A DNA stretch of 62,857 nt, filler included, from Basidiobolus meristosporus CBS 931.73 (taxonomy: Eukaryota; Fungi; Basidiobolomycota): the NCBI GenBank assembly GCA_002104905.1. It is 3 parts of 3 records of this genome, joined end to end, with 100 filler letters (N's around TTAATTAATTAA, not from the genome) between each part and the next. Parts side by side here need not be neighbours in the genome. Positions count along the whole stretch, not along the records: positions 44,768 to 62,857 come from MCFE01001074.1; 2 more parts are not named here. The stretch is one strand, 5' to 3'. A program made the position numbers and the translations under genes. The notes beneath the pieces were generated by a model that had not been told where the DNA came from, did no database searches, and saw only the letters and a list, made by a program, of their open reading frames with translations. The number at the start of each line of letters is the position of its first letter. Positions within the stretch are counted from its first letter, which is position 1. Positions 50,001-62,000 of the stretch are shown here, one piece after another.

Positions 50001-51825
50001 AGAAGACACATCTTGTTATGGAAGAAGATCAGGAGCCTGACAATATACACCCCAACTTTTGGAGCTGCTCATTAGGTACACAGGAGCAGACTGCTAAGGT
50101 TTGGACAAAATACAAGACAGTAAAACAGAAGACTAGACCATCACTTACACCTTTGACTGATGGATCTTGACCTGCTGATTACATTAGACCACCAGAAGAA
50201 ACACCAGAAGATATACAACTTACACCTGAGAGACTTAAGCAACGTATCATTGGTGATGGGAACCTTACACCAGAGGAGATACTATTATTTGAAGAAACCT
50301 TAAAAAGGCATGATAAGGTTTTCTCATATAATGACAAGGAGATGCGGCTCTTAAAGACATTGGTTGAAAAACCCAACAAGATTCATACAGTGCCCCACAC
50401 ACCCTGGTCATTTAAGTCTTACCCACTGCCCAGAGGACTCCAAGCTGATGTGCATGACCTACTTAAGAAGATAGAAGCTGGTATCCTAGAACCTTGCCAT
50501 GGACCCTATGCTAACAGATGGTTTGTGACCAAGAAGAAGAATGGAAAGCTCCAATTCATTCAAGACATGCAACCTGCAAATGCTGTCACTATCAGAGATG
50601 CTGCTATACCTCCATTGATTGATGACTTTGCAGAAAGCTTTAGTGGCCACTCCATCTACTCAACATACAATCTCTACACAGGATATGACCAGATTCCCCT
50701 TGATGATACATCAAGAGATATGTTTGCACTACAGACACCATTTGGACTTTTAAGGATGACAAGACTCAGCCAAGGGACTACAAACTCCATGGCTCAGTTC
50801 CAGAGATGCATGGTGAATGTGCTGTATCAGTTTATACCTGAGAAACGTGCTGTCTTTGTTGATGACATAGGCATCAAAGGACCAAAAAACCAGAACACTA
50901 CTGAAGTTATGCCTGGAGTAAGAAAGTTTGTCTATGATCATATTTCAGACAATGATGCCATATTAGGTGCCATTGAAGAAGCTGGATTCACCATCAGTGG
51001 TGAGAAAAGCAGCTTTGGTGTATCAGAGATATCCATTGTTGGACAAAAATGCAACATCTTTGGTTGTTCACCTGGAGACTCCAAGACACAAAAGATATGC
51101 AACTGGCCTACCCCCACAAATCTCACACAAGCTTGTGGCTTTGTGGCTGCTTGTGGGTACTTTAGGATCTGGATCCCAAGATTTTCTGAGATAGCAGAGC
51201 CAATTTACCAACTACAGAGAAAGAACACCCCATTTATCTGGGGAGAAGAGCAAGAAGAAGCCATACAATTACTGAAAGAGGCCTTAGTATCTCCACCAGT
51301 TCTAAGACCTCTTGACTATCAGAACACTGAATGCCCACCTATTTTGACAGTGGATGCAAGCCCTATAGGAGCAGGAGCACTACTTTGCCAAGATGATGAA
51401 GATGACAACTGCTATGCCTGCAGATATGAGAGCTGCCTATTCTCCCCTAGAGAGCAAAGATACTCACAGATTAAGAGAGAGCTACTAGGAGTTGTGAACA
51501 TGCTGAGGAAACTGAAGTCACAACTCTATATGACACATTTCATCCTGTAGACAAATGCCAAGCCACTAATAGGAATGATCAACAAGCCTGACCTACCTGA
51601 TGATGCCACAAACCAATGGATGGCATGGCTGAAAATGTTTGGCTTTGAAGTCAGACATATCCCTGGCAAGACAAATGTTGTGGCTGATGCACTCTCCAGG
51701 AAGGGACCACAGTTATCTGAAGACTTGGACCCTCACTTTGATGATATTATTGATGCAGAGATCCAACAGATTGCCATCAAAGACCAAGAGAGAACTACCT
51801 GGAGTCTGATCAAGGAATATCTAAG
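47001..51825 (+). mobile_element. Ty3/gypsy D2 (5' LTR/leader, PBS, gag, PR, RT, RH) nested in E; INT and 3' LTR deleted
   Basis: Starts TGTAGTGGGG. PBS at 48076. The 367-aa gag frame (48203-49306) is in the same frame as the DSGSEIC protease frame. 402-aa RT/RH frame at 50342-51550. Confidence 0.93.
48076..48092 (+). promoter_or_regulatory. tRNA-Lys-type primer-binding site with two CpG transitions
   Basis: TGGCACCCAATGTGGGG versus the canonical TGGCGCCCAACGTGGGG, about 110 bp upstream of gag. Confidence 0.8.
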
Positions 51826-54800
51826 GACAACCTCTTGGACAGATTAATCAGAGCTAAATATTTTAGCTCTCTTGACTTAATCTCTGGGTATTGGCAAGTA
51901 GAAGTAGCCCCAGAAGATCAACCCAAAACCGCTTTTATAACATTATTTGGATTATACAAATAGAACCAACTACCCTTTGGCTTGTACAATGCCCCCTCTA
52001 CATTCCAAAGGATGATTGACAAGGTGCTAGGAAATCTACAACAGGAATATGCTTTTGTGAATCTGGACAACATCACAATATATTCCCCTAATGTAGAAGA
52101 ACATATGCACAACGTGCATCATATTGTGATAGCCCTCCTTAAGACCAACTCAAACTACATCCCAAGAAGTGCCATTTCCTGTATACAAAATTGTTGTTCC
52201 TGGGCCACAAGATCTTGGCAGATGGAATTTACACATCAACTGCACTTGTGAAAGCTGTTCAAGACACACCTGCACCAATGGATATCAATGCAGTGTTGGG
52301 ATTCCTAGGATTAGCTGGCTACAATTGCCACTTTGTCAAAAACTTCACAACAATAGCAGCCCCCCTATAAAAATTGACGCAAAAAGGCCAGTGTCTTGTG
52401 TGGTTGGAGCCTCAAAAGAGAGCATTTGATCAGCTGAAACAGCCACACCAATACCGCTTGACCTACCCTTCCACCAAGTAGGGATTGACTTTGTTGGCCC
52501 CTTTATGAAAACAAAGAAAGGAGAACAAAACATGATAGTTGCTACCAATTATTTCTCAAAGTGGGTAGAAGCCCAAGCCATCCAAAATAAAGACCAGAAG
52601 ACAACTGCCCAATTCATTCTAGAACACCTCATCTGCCAGCAAAGATATCCTCAGATACTCCTGTCCAACAATGGTGGCTCCTTCCTGAACAACACTGTGG
52701 CCCACTTGTGCAAAATAATGGGCGTGAAACAGGCCTTCACGGCCGCATATCACCCCCAGGCCACCGGATTAACCAAGAGGATGAACCAGACATGTTGCCA
52801 CATACTAGAGAAGCTCCACTGGGAACTTCCTCATTCATGGGCCAAGCTACTCCCACTGACACTCCTAGCAATGTGTGCAATACCAAATAAAACAACAGGT
52901 TTCTCCCTGTATGAAGTTCTGTATGGACAAAGGCCCAAGTGGTGTGAAGGAGCTGGATTGACAATTGAAGGTGTCTCCTTGACAACACATAACAACTATG
53001 TAGAAATGTTGATACACCATATTGCCCACCTATACATAGAAGTATTCAAAAATGTTGACAGGCACCTCCCCCCTCCACCTCAGAGTAAGAAACTAACAGG
53101 ACAAAAGTGGAAACCAGGCAATAAAGTGAGGTGCAATCCAACCATTGCAGGCCTCAGGTTTTGCTCACAATTTTCACCACAATGGATTGGCCCTTGCACC
53201 ATTATTAGTTTGGACCATGGGGCAAAGCACACCATCACCCTGAACAATAAGACAATCAGCAATGTAGTGCCAGCCCATCTAAAACTGTTTCATGATGATC
53301 CAACAATCATCACTGAAACCAAAGTGTGATTAAATGATTGTCAGGACAAAGATAGAGGAAGACATGAGATACATATGAAGTTAATTAGAGGAGATTTTAG
53401 TTGATATAGGTACAAATGATATGCGCAAGGGAGTTTGCCCAAAGGGGAGAACAAAAGAATGCATATGGAAAGTGCCAAAGGAAACAGTTCACCCAAAGCT
53501 GGCAATACCCCTCCTACCAGCAAGAACCATGATGATATCAAAAACAAGACCAACTGGCAAGTGTTAAGAGATATGGTACAAGCATTACGTGCAACAAGAG
53601 CCACCTATGAGGAGTTGTTTGCCAGAGCAGTCACGTTGATACAAGACACAATCAGAGAGGGACAAGACAAGTTACCCACACCTATACACAGCATGGAGAT
53701 ACTACCCAAGAAGACCATGTACCACCTGAGAGGAGGTTCCTTGATCATTAAGGAGAAGGATGCCACACTGATTCCTGTATCCATACTGGGCACAGTCAGG
53801 CAGAAGACACAAAGAATCAACTGTTGCACCCTCATAAGACCTCAAGAGCCCCCCTGTTTTGTTGCATACTTGCCATTAATAGGCACCACTGTTGTTGAGG
53901 TGTACGCAGACCTGGTACAAGCTGCAAGTGCACCAGAAGTAGAAATCCCAATTGAAGGACTCCTCCAAGAAATTTGTGAACATCTTGACCTGCATTTCCA
54001 AGAAGGAACCATCTTAGAGAAGACACGCAAATGGATTAAATACACCCACCAGTTAACCCATGTAATCCACTAAGTTGCTGTGTTACAACAATTACAGTGG
54101 CTTACCATAGGACAACTCAGGAACCAGTACAAAGTCCAACTCCAAGAAGCCAAAGAAGCTGCTGCAGACTCTGTAGAAACCATGAGGCAAGTACAAAAGT
54201 GCCTTGATTATGCCACAGCTTCTACAGAAGAACTGCAACACATCTCAGAAGAAGCAAAAACTTGTTATTGACAACAGGTGACTGTTAACCAAGTGTACAC
54301 CCTCTTCAAAAGGTCCCCTGCCATCATATTGAACACAAAGAGGACAAGCCCCAACAACATTTGCAAGATAAAGAAGCAAGACTTTATCATGCTATTGCAC
54401 CTCTTCTTGTTCTCCAGCCCTCCCAGGGAAGTTACCCAGAACCCTATGGTTTGCCAACTATTTGGCTTGGTGGAAAATATCCCTTGAGCAATGCAAGCTG
54501 CATCCCACTCTGCTGCCAAATGGTATCAAGTATTTGCCCGCAACCCCCTTGCAAGTGACAACCAGCAATGGTACTCTGGTGACTCCCTATGCTCCATGAA
54601 CAAAATTGACCCTGGAGAAGCAAGTTAGCCAAAGAACTTTGAGGACAAAGCTCCCTCTTAACCCCTGGGATATGTGAGTACTAAATGCAGTACCCCATCT
54701 TTGCCCAAGAGTTCTCCCCAGAGTTGTACCCAAAGTCCCCCAGTATCCTCCCTATGATTCCCACATGCACCCTCCCTCCTATCCCTGCCCTTATCTAGTT

Positions 54801-55049
54801 AGAACACTTACCATAACAGGAAGGTGTTCACACACCTATTTTATAACACATTGTCTATTATCTAAGCCCCCCCAAGTGATATATATATCTACCCAATTGA
54901 ACCAAGTTAGAGAAGAAGAGGATTTGGATGGAATAAACACAAGTCTTTATTAACTTGCTACCTTCTATTGGAAGCTATTCTGAACCAAGTGGTACTGACT
55001 TGACCTACAAGCTCTCCCACTCACCAAGTACAGTCAGTAATAACCCACA
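51826..55049 (+). mobile_element. Ty3/gypsy E, 3' part (RT, RH deleted, INT, extra frame, probable 3' LTR 54673-55049)
   Basis: DNLLDRLIRAKYFSSLDLISGYWQV, GIDFVGP, YHPQATG, WIGPC. A TTTGAGGACAAAG...CTGGGATA|TG boundary motif and a TG...CA segment of 377 bp before Tnp2 homology starts. Confidence 0.85.
53435..54630 (+). pseudogene. Extra ~400-codon frame of unknown function inside gypsy E
   Basis: ORFs 53435-54073, 54080-54271 and 54278-54487 are all in one frame, separated by single stops, and the frame continues to about 54630. Confidence 0.65.
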
Positions 55050-55626
55050 TATGATACAAGTGGACAACGGTCATGCAGCTGGCAAAATATGGCGCAGAGA
55101 CTGTCCTGATTCCAGCATGTGCTAACAGTTGCATAGCTTTCACTTCCAAAAATGCTTCCACTGCAATGTGTCCAAATTGTCAGGAGTCTACCACCGTTGA
55201 GGGAAAACATTATTCACCCTCTGGATATATTCTGGTAATACCCTGTCTAAAGAAGGTCATGCAGTCAGACAAATATTGCAAAGCTATAAAGTACTGCTCT
55301 TAGTATCAATCTAGTGCAAACATATCAGATATACTTGATGGCAAACATTGCAAACAGCAAAGAAGCAGGGGCTACTTTGAAGGTATGTATGACCATACCT
55401 TTGCCTTAGCACTTGATGGACTTTCATTAAACAAGTACCCTTCCAGCAAATTCAGCTGGCCATTGACCCTCATCAGCATGAATCTGCTGCCTATCTTACA
55501 GTATCTGAGCAAAAGTCTAATGTTAGCTTCACTGGTGTTTGGGCCCAAATTGCCATCCAACCTGGATAGCTATCTGTACCCATTGCTGGATGATTTTGTA
55601 TGCTTTCCAGCAGGAAAACAGTGAAT

Positions 55627-55857
55627 AGACTTGTTCTATCATTCCAGCAGATCATAGTGCCCAATAGTGGCATAGCATGCCAGATAGTGGCTCATCATGC
55701 CAGATGGTGCCTGATCATGCTACAGAGTGCCAGAGGGTGCCATACAGTGCCAATTTGCAATCAAAACTGACATTCATATGACCCTAAAATATCAAATTAA
55801 TAACAAAATATACAGCACTTTCTGGCACTATGATCAGTGGCATAATGGAACAAGTCT
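55627..55857. mobile_element. 231-bp PHIS MITE rich in GTGCCA motifs
   Basis: AAT|AGACTTGTTC ... GAACAAGTCT|ATT. Confidence 0.75.
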
Positions 55858-55860
55858 ATT

Positions 55861-56243
55861 AGACTTGATCCATTGGATAGTGCCACATTGAGCCATGAGT
55901 GCAAAATGATGCTATAGTGTGCCAGAGAGGCCATGTGAGCCTATACTTGGCCACAGAGTGTGAAACATAGCTCTGCATCTTCATGCAAAGCAGCCCCTGT
56001 GTTTCACCTATGATGCAGGAGATAATCCATTTTTTGATGTTTTTTTGTGGATCAATGTTGTGCAGGATTTGTAAGAGCTCCAAAGAACTGAATACATGCC
56101 TCAGGTATGCAATTCCCATGGCACTCCAAATCTAACTCCTGTGGCTTGTAACATGTCACAAAATTGCATGGCACCAACTTGGTCCAATGGTACTATCTGG
56201 CACTATAGGTGCTTTGTATAGATCTTACTTTAGGGCTAATATT
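55861..56243. mobile_element. Truncated copy of the fold-back MITE (one arm, spacer, ~15 bp of the second arm)
   Basis: Aligns with 32577-32960. The spacer is in reverse orientation relative to the 32-kb copy. Confidence 0.85.
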
Positions 56244-58444
56244 TCAATATAGTGCCTGATAGTACCGGTTGTATGTATGACCATGCCTTTGTTTTAGGAC
56301 TTAATGGATTCTCATTAAACAAGTACTCTACCAGCAAATCCTGCTGGCCACTGATTCTCATCAATCTGAATCTGCCACCCATCTTACAGTATCAGAGCAA
56401 TAATCTGACGGTAGTCCCACTGGTATCTGGGCCTAAATCACTGTCCAGCCTGGATAGCTACTGGTATCCATTGCTGAATGAATTTTGTATGCTTTCCAGC
56501 GGGATAACAGTAAATGGCCATCATGTAAAAGTGCATATTGTTATCTGCATTGGAGATACCCCAGCCATCAGCAAGATAGCAGGTTTTTCCGGGCACAATG
56601 GATGGTATTGCGGTTGAATGTGTGAGATCCAGGGGATTTATTCCATAACTCACACACATTATCATTACCCAAACACCAGCACTAAGAACATCATCTTTCC
56701 ACAGAGAGAATGTACAAAAGTAAGGATGCAATTGCAGCAAAGTTGGCAAGCTATAAGCCATTGGCAAGAATATGGAATCAATTGAAAACTGGAAATACTT
56801 AAGATAGAGGGTATCTGTTGGAGCAAAAGCTTTCCACTGGGAGCAATGCATATACTTTTCAACAATATTACATTACTGATGACCAAGTTGTACATGGGGC
56901 ATTTTAAGCTAAATGAGTCCTTTGAGATGCGGGAGAAATTTCAAAGAAATGGCCAGACATTACAAAGTATCTGCTACCCTAAGTACCTCTCACTGGCTCT
57001 AATCAATATTTATATTCATATGCAACAATACAAATGCAAAGACTGGATGAACTGGATATGTATTTATTCAAGTGGCATTCTGAGGCCATTCTTACCAAGA
57101 GTGCATTAGAAGCATTGAGAATCATATGTGGACATTGCTGGAATATTTATTCAGAAGAGGATCACCAATGCTAATGTGACACAACTACAGCTGTTGTGGA
57201 AGGAGTTTCTAACAAAATTTGAGCAGCTATACTGCAAACATAAAGCTGAATGTGTAGATCTCTGCCACTACTGTATCCATTCTCTGCTCCATATTGCTTG
57301 GTGTGTGGAGAATATTGGGCCTTGCTTCACCTTTTTGGAGTTTCCTATGGGGCAGGTGTGTGGGGAGATAGGAAGAAAGTCAGGTTGAAGGTACTACAAT
57401 ATCCCATCTCATCAAGAATATTACCTTCAAACCCATCATGGATGAGATGAGTTGACACATGGAGGACAGCCAGGAAGAGTTGGAAAATACTGAGGACTGA
57501 TGTGCACATGGAGACACCTATGCCTATTGCATTAAGAAGCTAAGCAGCCCTAATGCGTGGTAATCAGTTAAGTAATGCAAAGTTGGGTTAGGTGCAACAA
57601 GCAACTAATTCTTATTAGGAAAGCTCTATCAAGGTATGCCAGATTTTTCTTGGTGACAAGCTAACTACTACACCATTCAATATGGAATTCACATAACAAG
57701 AGCCAGAATGCACCTATAAGGGGGACTAGAATCCAGCAGGCAAAAGGAATATATTGGCCAAATACCCAAAAGTTCTTTGTGGATATTCAGGAGGCATTCA
57801 TGGCAGAAGCAGTGGCAACCAAGCATATTTTTGCAAGATGTATATGTTACCAGCAATACAAGGTATGGGCTACTTTGCAAGCATCACACTAGAAAGCCAT
57901 AAAGTTGAGATGATAGAGGTATATCAACTGCTGCAGGTGTGCATATTTGTAGAGATCAGTAAGCAGGAGACCATAGTTTTTTTTGATTCAAATATATGTG
58001 GAATACCCAGGGTAGTAGTGGTTTAGCAAATATAGAGGGATGATTTTACAGCAGAATATATGAATTGTGCAAGGGGAGGTAGAAAAAGGAAATAACATTT
58101 GGTAAATTGGTATGGTAGCATTGTACAGAATCTGCTGTAGGCTGCTATAATGCTGTGGTAATGCCATTAGAGGCTTGCAAAGAGGCCATCAAAACACCAT
58201 AAGTTTTTTTTGTCATACAATGCAATTGGATGTACTGGCTGGTTAGATCCACTCAAATAGTTGTAAAGAGCACTAAGGCCATAACAAAGTCATACCACCC
58301 TTGGCAAAGAATTATACAAACACTACTACATTTTATCAACTTTGTTTGGCTGTAAAATTAGCAAAATGCAATTGTAATCCTGTTGCATGATTGTGTAGAT
58401 GGTAATTAATTCAAAGCTGCTAGTACTAAATTTTACAACACCTG

Positions 58445-59010
58445 TATCTAAAATTGTCAAAGCTGAAGCTGAGTCCTTCAGCTGCAGCCTTGCTTACACA
58501 TAGTAGATTCATGGCTATTTCTAGTACATAGAGTACTTCTTCAAAGGTCAGCATGTGGCTTCCTTCACTACTTCTAAGGCTTACTTGGACAGTTCCTTCT
58601 CTCACTGCATCAAGTGTTCTATTGTACCCATGAAAACATTCTTATATTGAATTTCTAGATATTGGGCAAAAAGTTCATTTTGGTGTATGAAGTGTTGCAA
58701 TGCTCCAGAGCCTGTACACCATGTCTGAGAATCCTTGTTTGTGGCCATATTTAGGTCACATATGGCTAGTCAATCTTTAGTTGTTACAGCATTTCCATAT
58801 TCAGGCTTTTTCTGCTGACTTTATCTCTTTTTCAAACACTGGTCTGATGTGTGTCCTTTCCATTTGCAGTAGTTGCAGAACAGGTTGCAATACCTTCAAA
58901 AGGTCTTTGGTATCTCCTTTGCTAGTTATCATTTCTTACCAAAGCATTTCTTCTTCCTTCTTATTGGTGCTTGTTTATCTTAATTCTTCATCCAGGTGCC
59001 TTCTATATAC
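58445..59010 (-). pseudogene. gag: Copia family A gag/protease fragment
   Basis: Collinear with 23905-24470. Confidence 0.85.
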
Positions 59011-62000
59011 ATTACCCTATGAAAAATAATTTGGTCCCGCGGGTGGATCCAATCCAGATCATCTGTCAAGATCCCATTCAGAGACCATCATAATAACAGC
59101 AGCTTGGAATTAGTGACCCTCCTGACAATCTTATAACAAGATCATGACGGTGTTTTGCAAATTTTACAGCCAAATAAAGGGATAAAACTTGACAATTTTT
59201 GATCGGTGCTGTGACAATATTTGCATGTTATTGTTGCAGTCTTTCAGCGCTCTATTACTAATTTAAGTGCATCCAGTTGGCCAGGACTTTCAATTGCCTT
59301 ATATGGCAAGAAACTTGACAGTATTTTGAAGGCCTCACAGCAAAACTCTGATGGCTTTTTTTTTGCAGTATGATGGCCTGCCGCTGGTTATGTATAATGC
59401 TACTGTACCAATTTACCAAATGGTATTTCTCTTTTCTACCTCCCCTTGTGCAATTCATATATTCCACTATAGAATCACCTTTCTTTATTTGCTTACCCAC
59501 TACTACCTTGGGTATTCCACATATAGTTCAGATCAAAAAAAACCATGGCCTCCTGCTTACTAACCTCTACAAACACATACACCTGCCGCAATTGACATAC
59601 TTCTATCACCTCAACTTTACGGCTTTTTAGTGTGATACTTGCAAAGTTGCCATATACCTTGTACTGCTGGTAGCATATACATCTTGCAAACATATGCTTG
59701 ATTGTTGCCACTTCTGCCATGAGATCATCCTGAATATTGGCAAAGAGCTTCTTGGTATTTAGCCAATATATTCCTTCTCCCTGCTTGACTCTAGTCCCCC
59801 TTATAGGTGCGCTCTGGCTTTTGTTTGTGTGAACTCTGTATTGAATGGTGTAGAAGTTGGCTTGTGACCACAAGAAATCCGGCATATCTTGGTGGAGTTG
59901 TCCTGATAAAAATTAGTTGCTTGTTGCACCCAACCCAACTTTGCATTACATAACTGATTACCCACCCATTGGGGCTGCTTAGCTTCTTAATGCCATAGGC
60001 ATAGGTGTCTCCATGTGCACATTTGTCCTCAGTATTTTCCAACTCTTTCTGGCTGTCCTCCATGTGCCAACTCATCACATCCATGATGGACTTGAAGGTA
60101 ATATTCTTGATGAGATTGGGATATGGTAGTAACTGCAACTTAACTTGTCTTCTTATCTCCCCACACATCCACTCCATAGGAAACTCCCAAAAGGTGAAGC
60201 AAGGCCCAATATTCTCCACACACTGTGCAAGATGGAGTAGAGAATGGATACAGTAGCGGCAGAGATCTACACGTCCAGCTTTATGTTTGTAGTATAGCTG
60301 CTCAAATCCCATCACAAACTCCTCACACAACAGCTGCATATGTGCCAAGTTGGCATTGGTGATCCACTTCTAGACAAATATTCCTACAATGTCCACAAAT
60401 GACTCCCAATGCTTCCAATGTACTCTTGGTAGGAACGGCTCCAGAACACCACTTGAATAAATACATATGCAGTTCATCCAGTTTTTGCCTTTGTATTGTC
60501 ACATATGTGTATGAATATTAATTGGAGCCCATGAGAAGTACTTAGTGTAGTGGATACTCTGTAATATCTTGCCAATTTTTTCATATTTCTCTGGTATCTC
60601 AAAGGGCTCATTTAGCCTGAAATGCCCCATGTACAACTTGGTCATCAGTAATGTAACATTGTTGAAAAGTATATGCATTGCTCCCAGTGGAAAGCTTTTG
60701 CTCCAACAGATACCCTCTATCTTAAGTATCTCCAGTTTCCAATTGATTCCATATTCTGGCCAATGGCTTATAGCTTGCCAACTTTGCTGCAATTGCATCC
60801 TTACTTCTGTACATTCTCTCTGTGGAAAGATGATGTTGTTAGTGCTGGTGTTTGGGTAATGATAATGTGTGTGAGTTATGGAATAAATCCCCTGGATCTC
60901 ACACATTCAACCGCAATACCATCCATTGTGCCCGGAAAAACCTGCTATCTTGCTGATGGCTGGGGTATCTCCAATGCAGATAACAATATGCACTTTTACA
61001 TGATGGCCATTTACTGTTATCCCGCTGGAAAGCATACAAAAATTCATTCAGCAATGGATACCGGTAGCTATCCAGGCTGGACAGTGATTTAGGCCCAGAT
61101 ACCAGTGGGACTACCGTCAGATTATTGCTCTGATACTGTAAGATGGGTGGCAGATTCAGATTGATGAGAATCAGTGGGCCAGCAGGATTTGCTGGTAGAG
61201 TACTTGGTTTAATGAGAATCCATTAAGTCCTAAAACAAAGGCATGGTCATACATACAACCGGTACTATCAGGCACTATATTGAAAATATTAGCCCTAAAG
61301 TAAGATCTATACAAAGCACCTATAGTGCCAGATAGTACCATTGGACCAAGTTGGTGCCATGCATTTTTGTGACATGTTACAAGCCACAGGAGTTAGATTT
61401 GGAGTGCCATGGGAAATTGCATACCTGAGGTATCTTGCTGATGGCTTGGGGTATCTCCAATGCAGATAATAATATGCACTTTTTACATGATGGCCATTTA
61501 CTGTTATCCCGCTGGAAAGCATACAAAATTCATTCAGCAATAGATACCGGTAGCTATCCAGGCTGGACCAGTGATTTAGGCCCAGATACCAGTGAGACTA
61601 CCATCAAGATTACTGCGGCTGATACCGTAAGATGGGTGGGGCAGATTCAGATTGATGAGAATCAGTGGCCGGCAGGATTTGCTGGTAAGAGTACTTTGTT
61701 TGATGAGAAATCCATCAAGTGCTAAAGTAAAGGCAAGGTCATACATCCTTTCAAAGTAGCCCTTGCTTCTTAGCTGTTTGTAATGTTTTGCCATCAAATA
61801 TATTGAATATGTTTGCGCTTGATTGATACTGAGTGCAGTACTGTATAGCTTTGCTATAGTTTGTTGGACTGCATCAGCTTCCTCAGATGGGGTATGACCG
61901 GAATATATCCGGAGTGTGAACAATGTTTTCCCTTAATGGTTGTGGATTCCTGACAATATGGATGCGTTGCAATGGTAGCACTTTTGGATGTGAATTGCCA

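Larger units (their letters stand above)
55050..58430 (+). pseudogene. Tnp2/CACTA-like transposase relic with PHIS MITE insertions and an internally repeated segment
   Basis: IPACANSCIAF...CPNC, LALDG...WPL..I.MNL.P, GPK.PS.LDSY.YPL, CIGDTPA...GFSGHNGWYCG, HSLLH...GPCFTFLEFPM. Confidence 0.88.

Noticed and set aside
53435-54630. Envelope gene
   Set aside because: No signal peptide, furin site or transmembrane anchor is visible. Only the position is env-like.
59010-59030. CACTA terminus (CATTACCC)
   Set aside because: One mismatch, overlaps the copia junction, and there is no partner end in the window.
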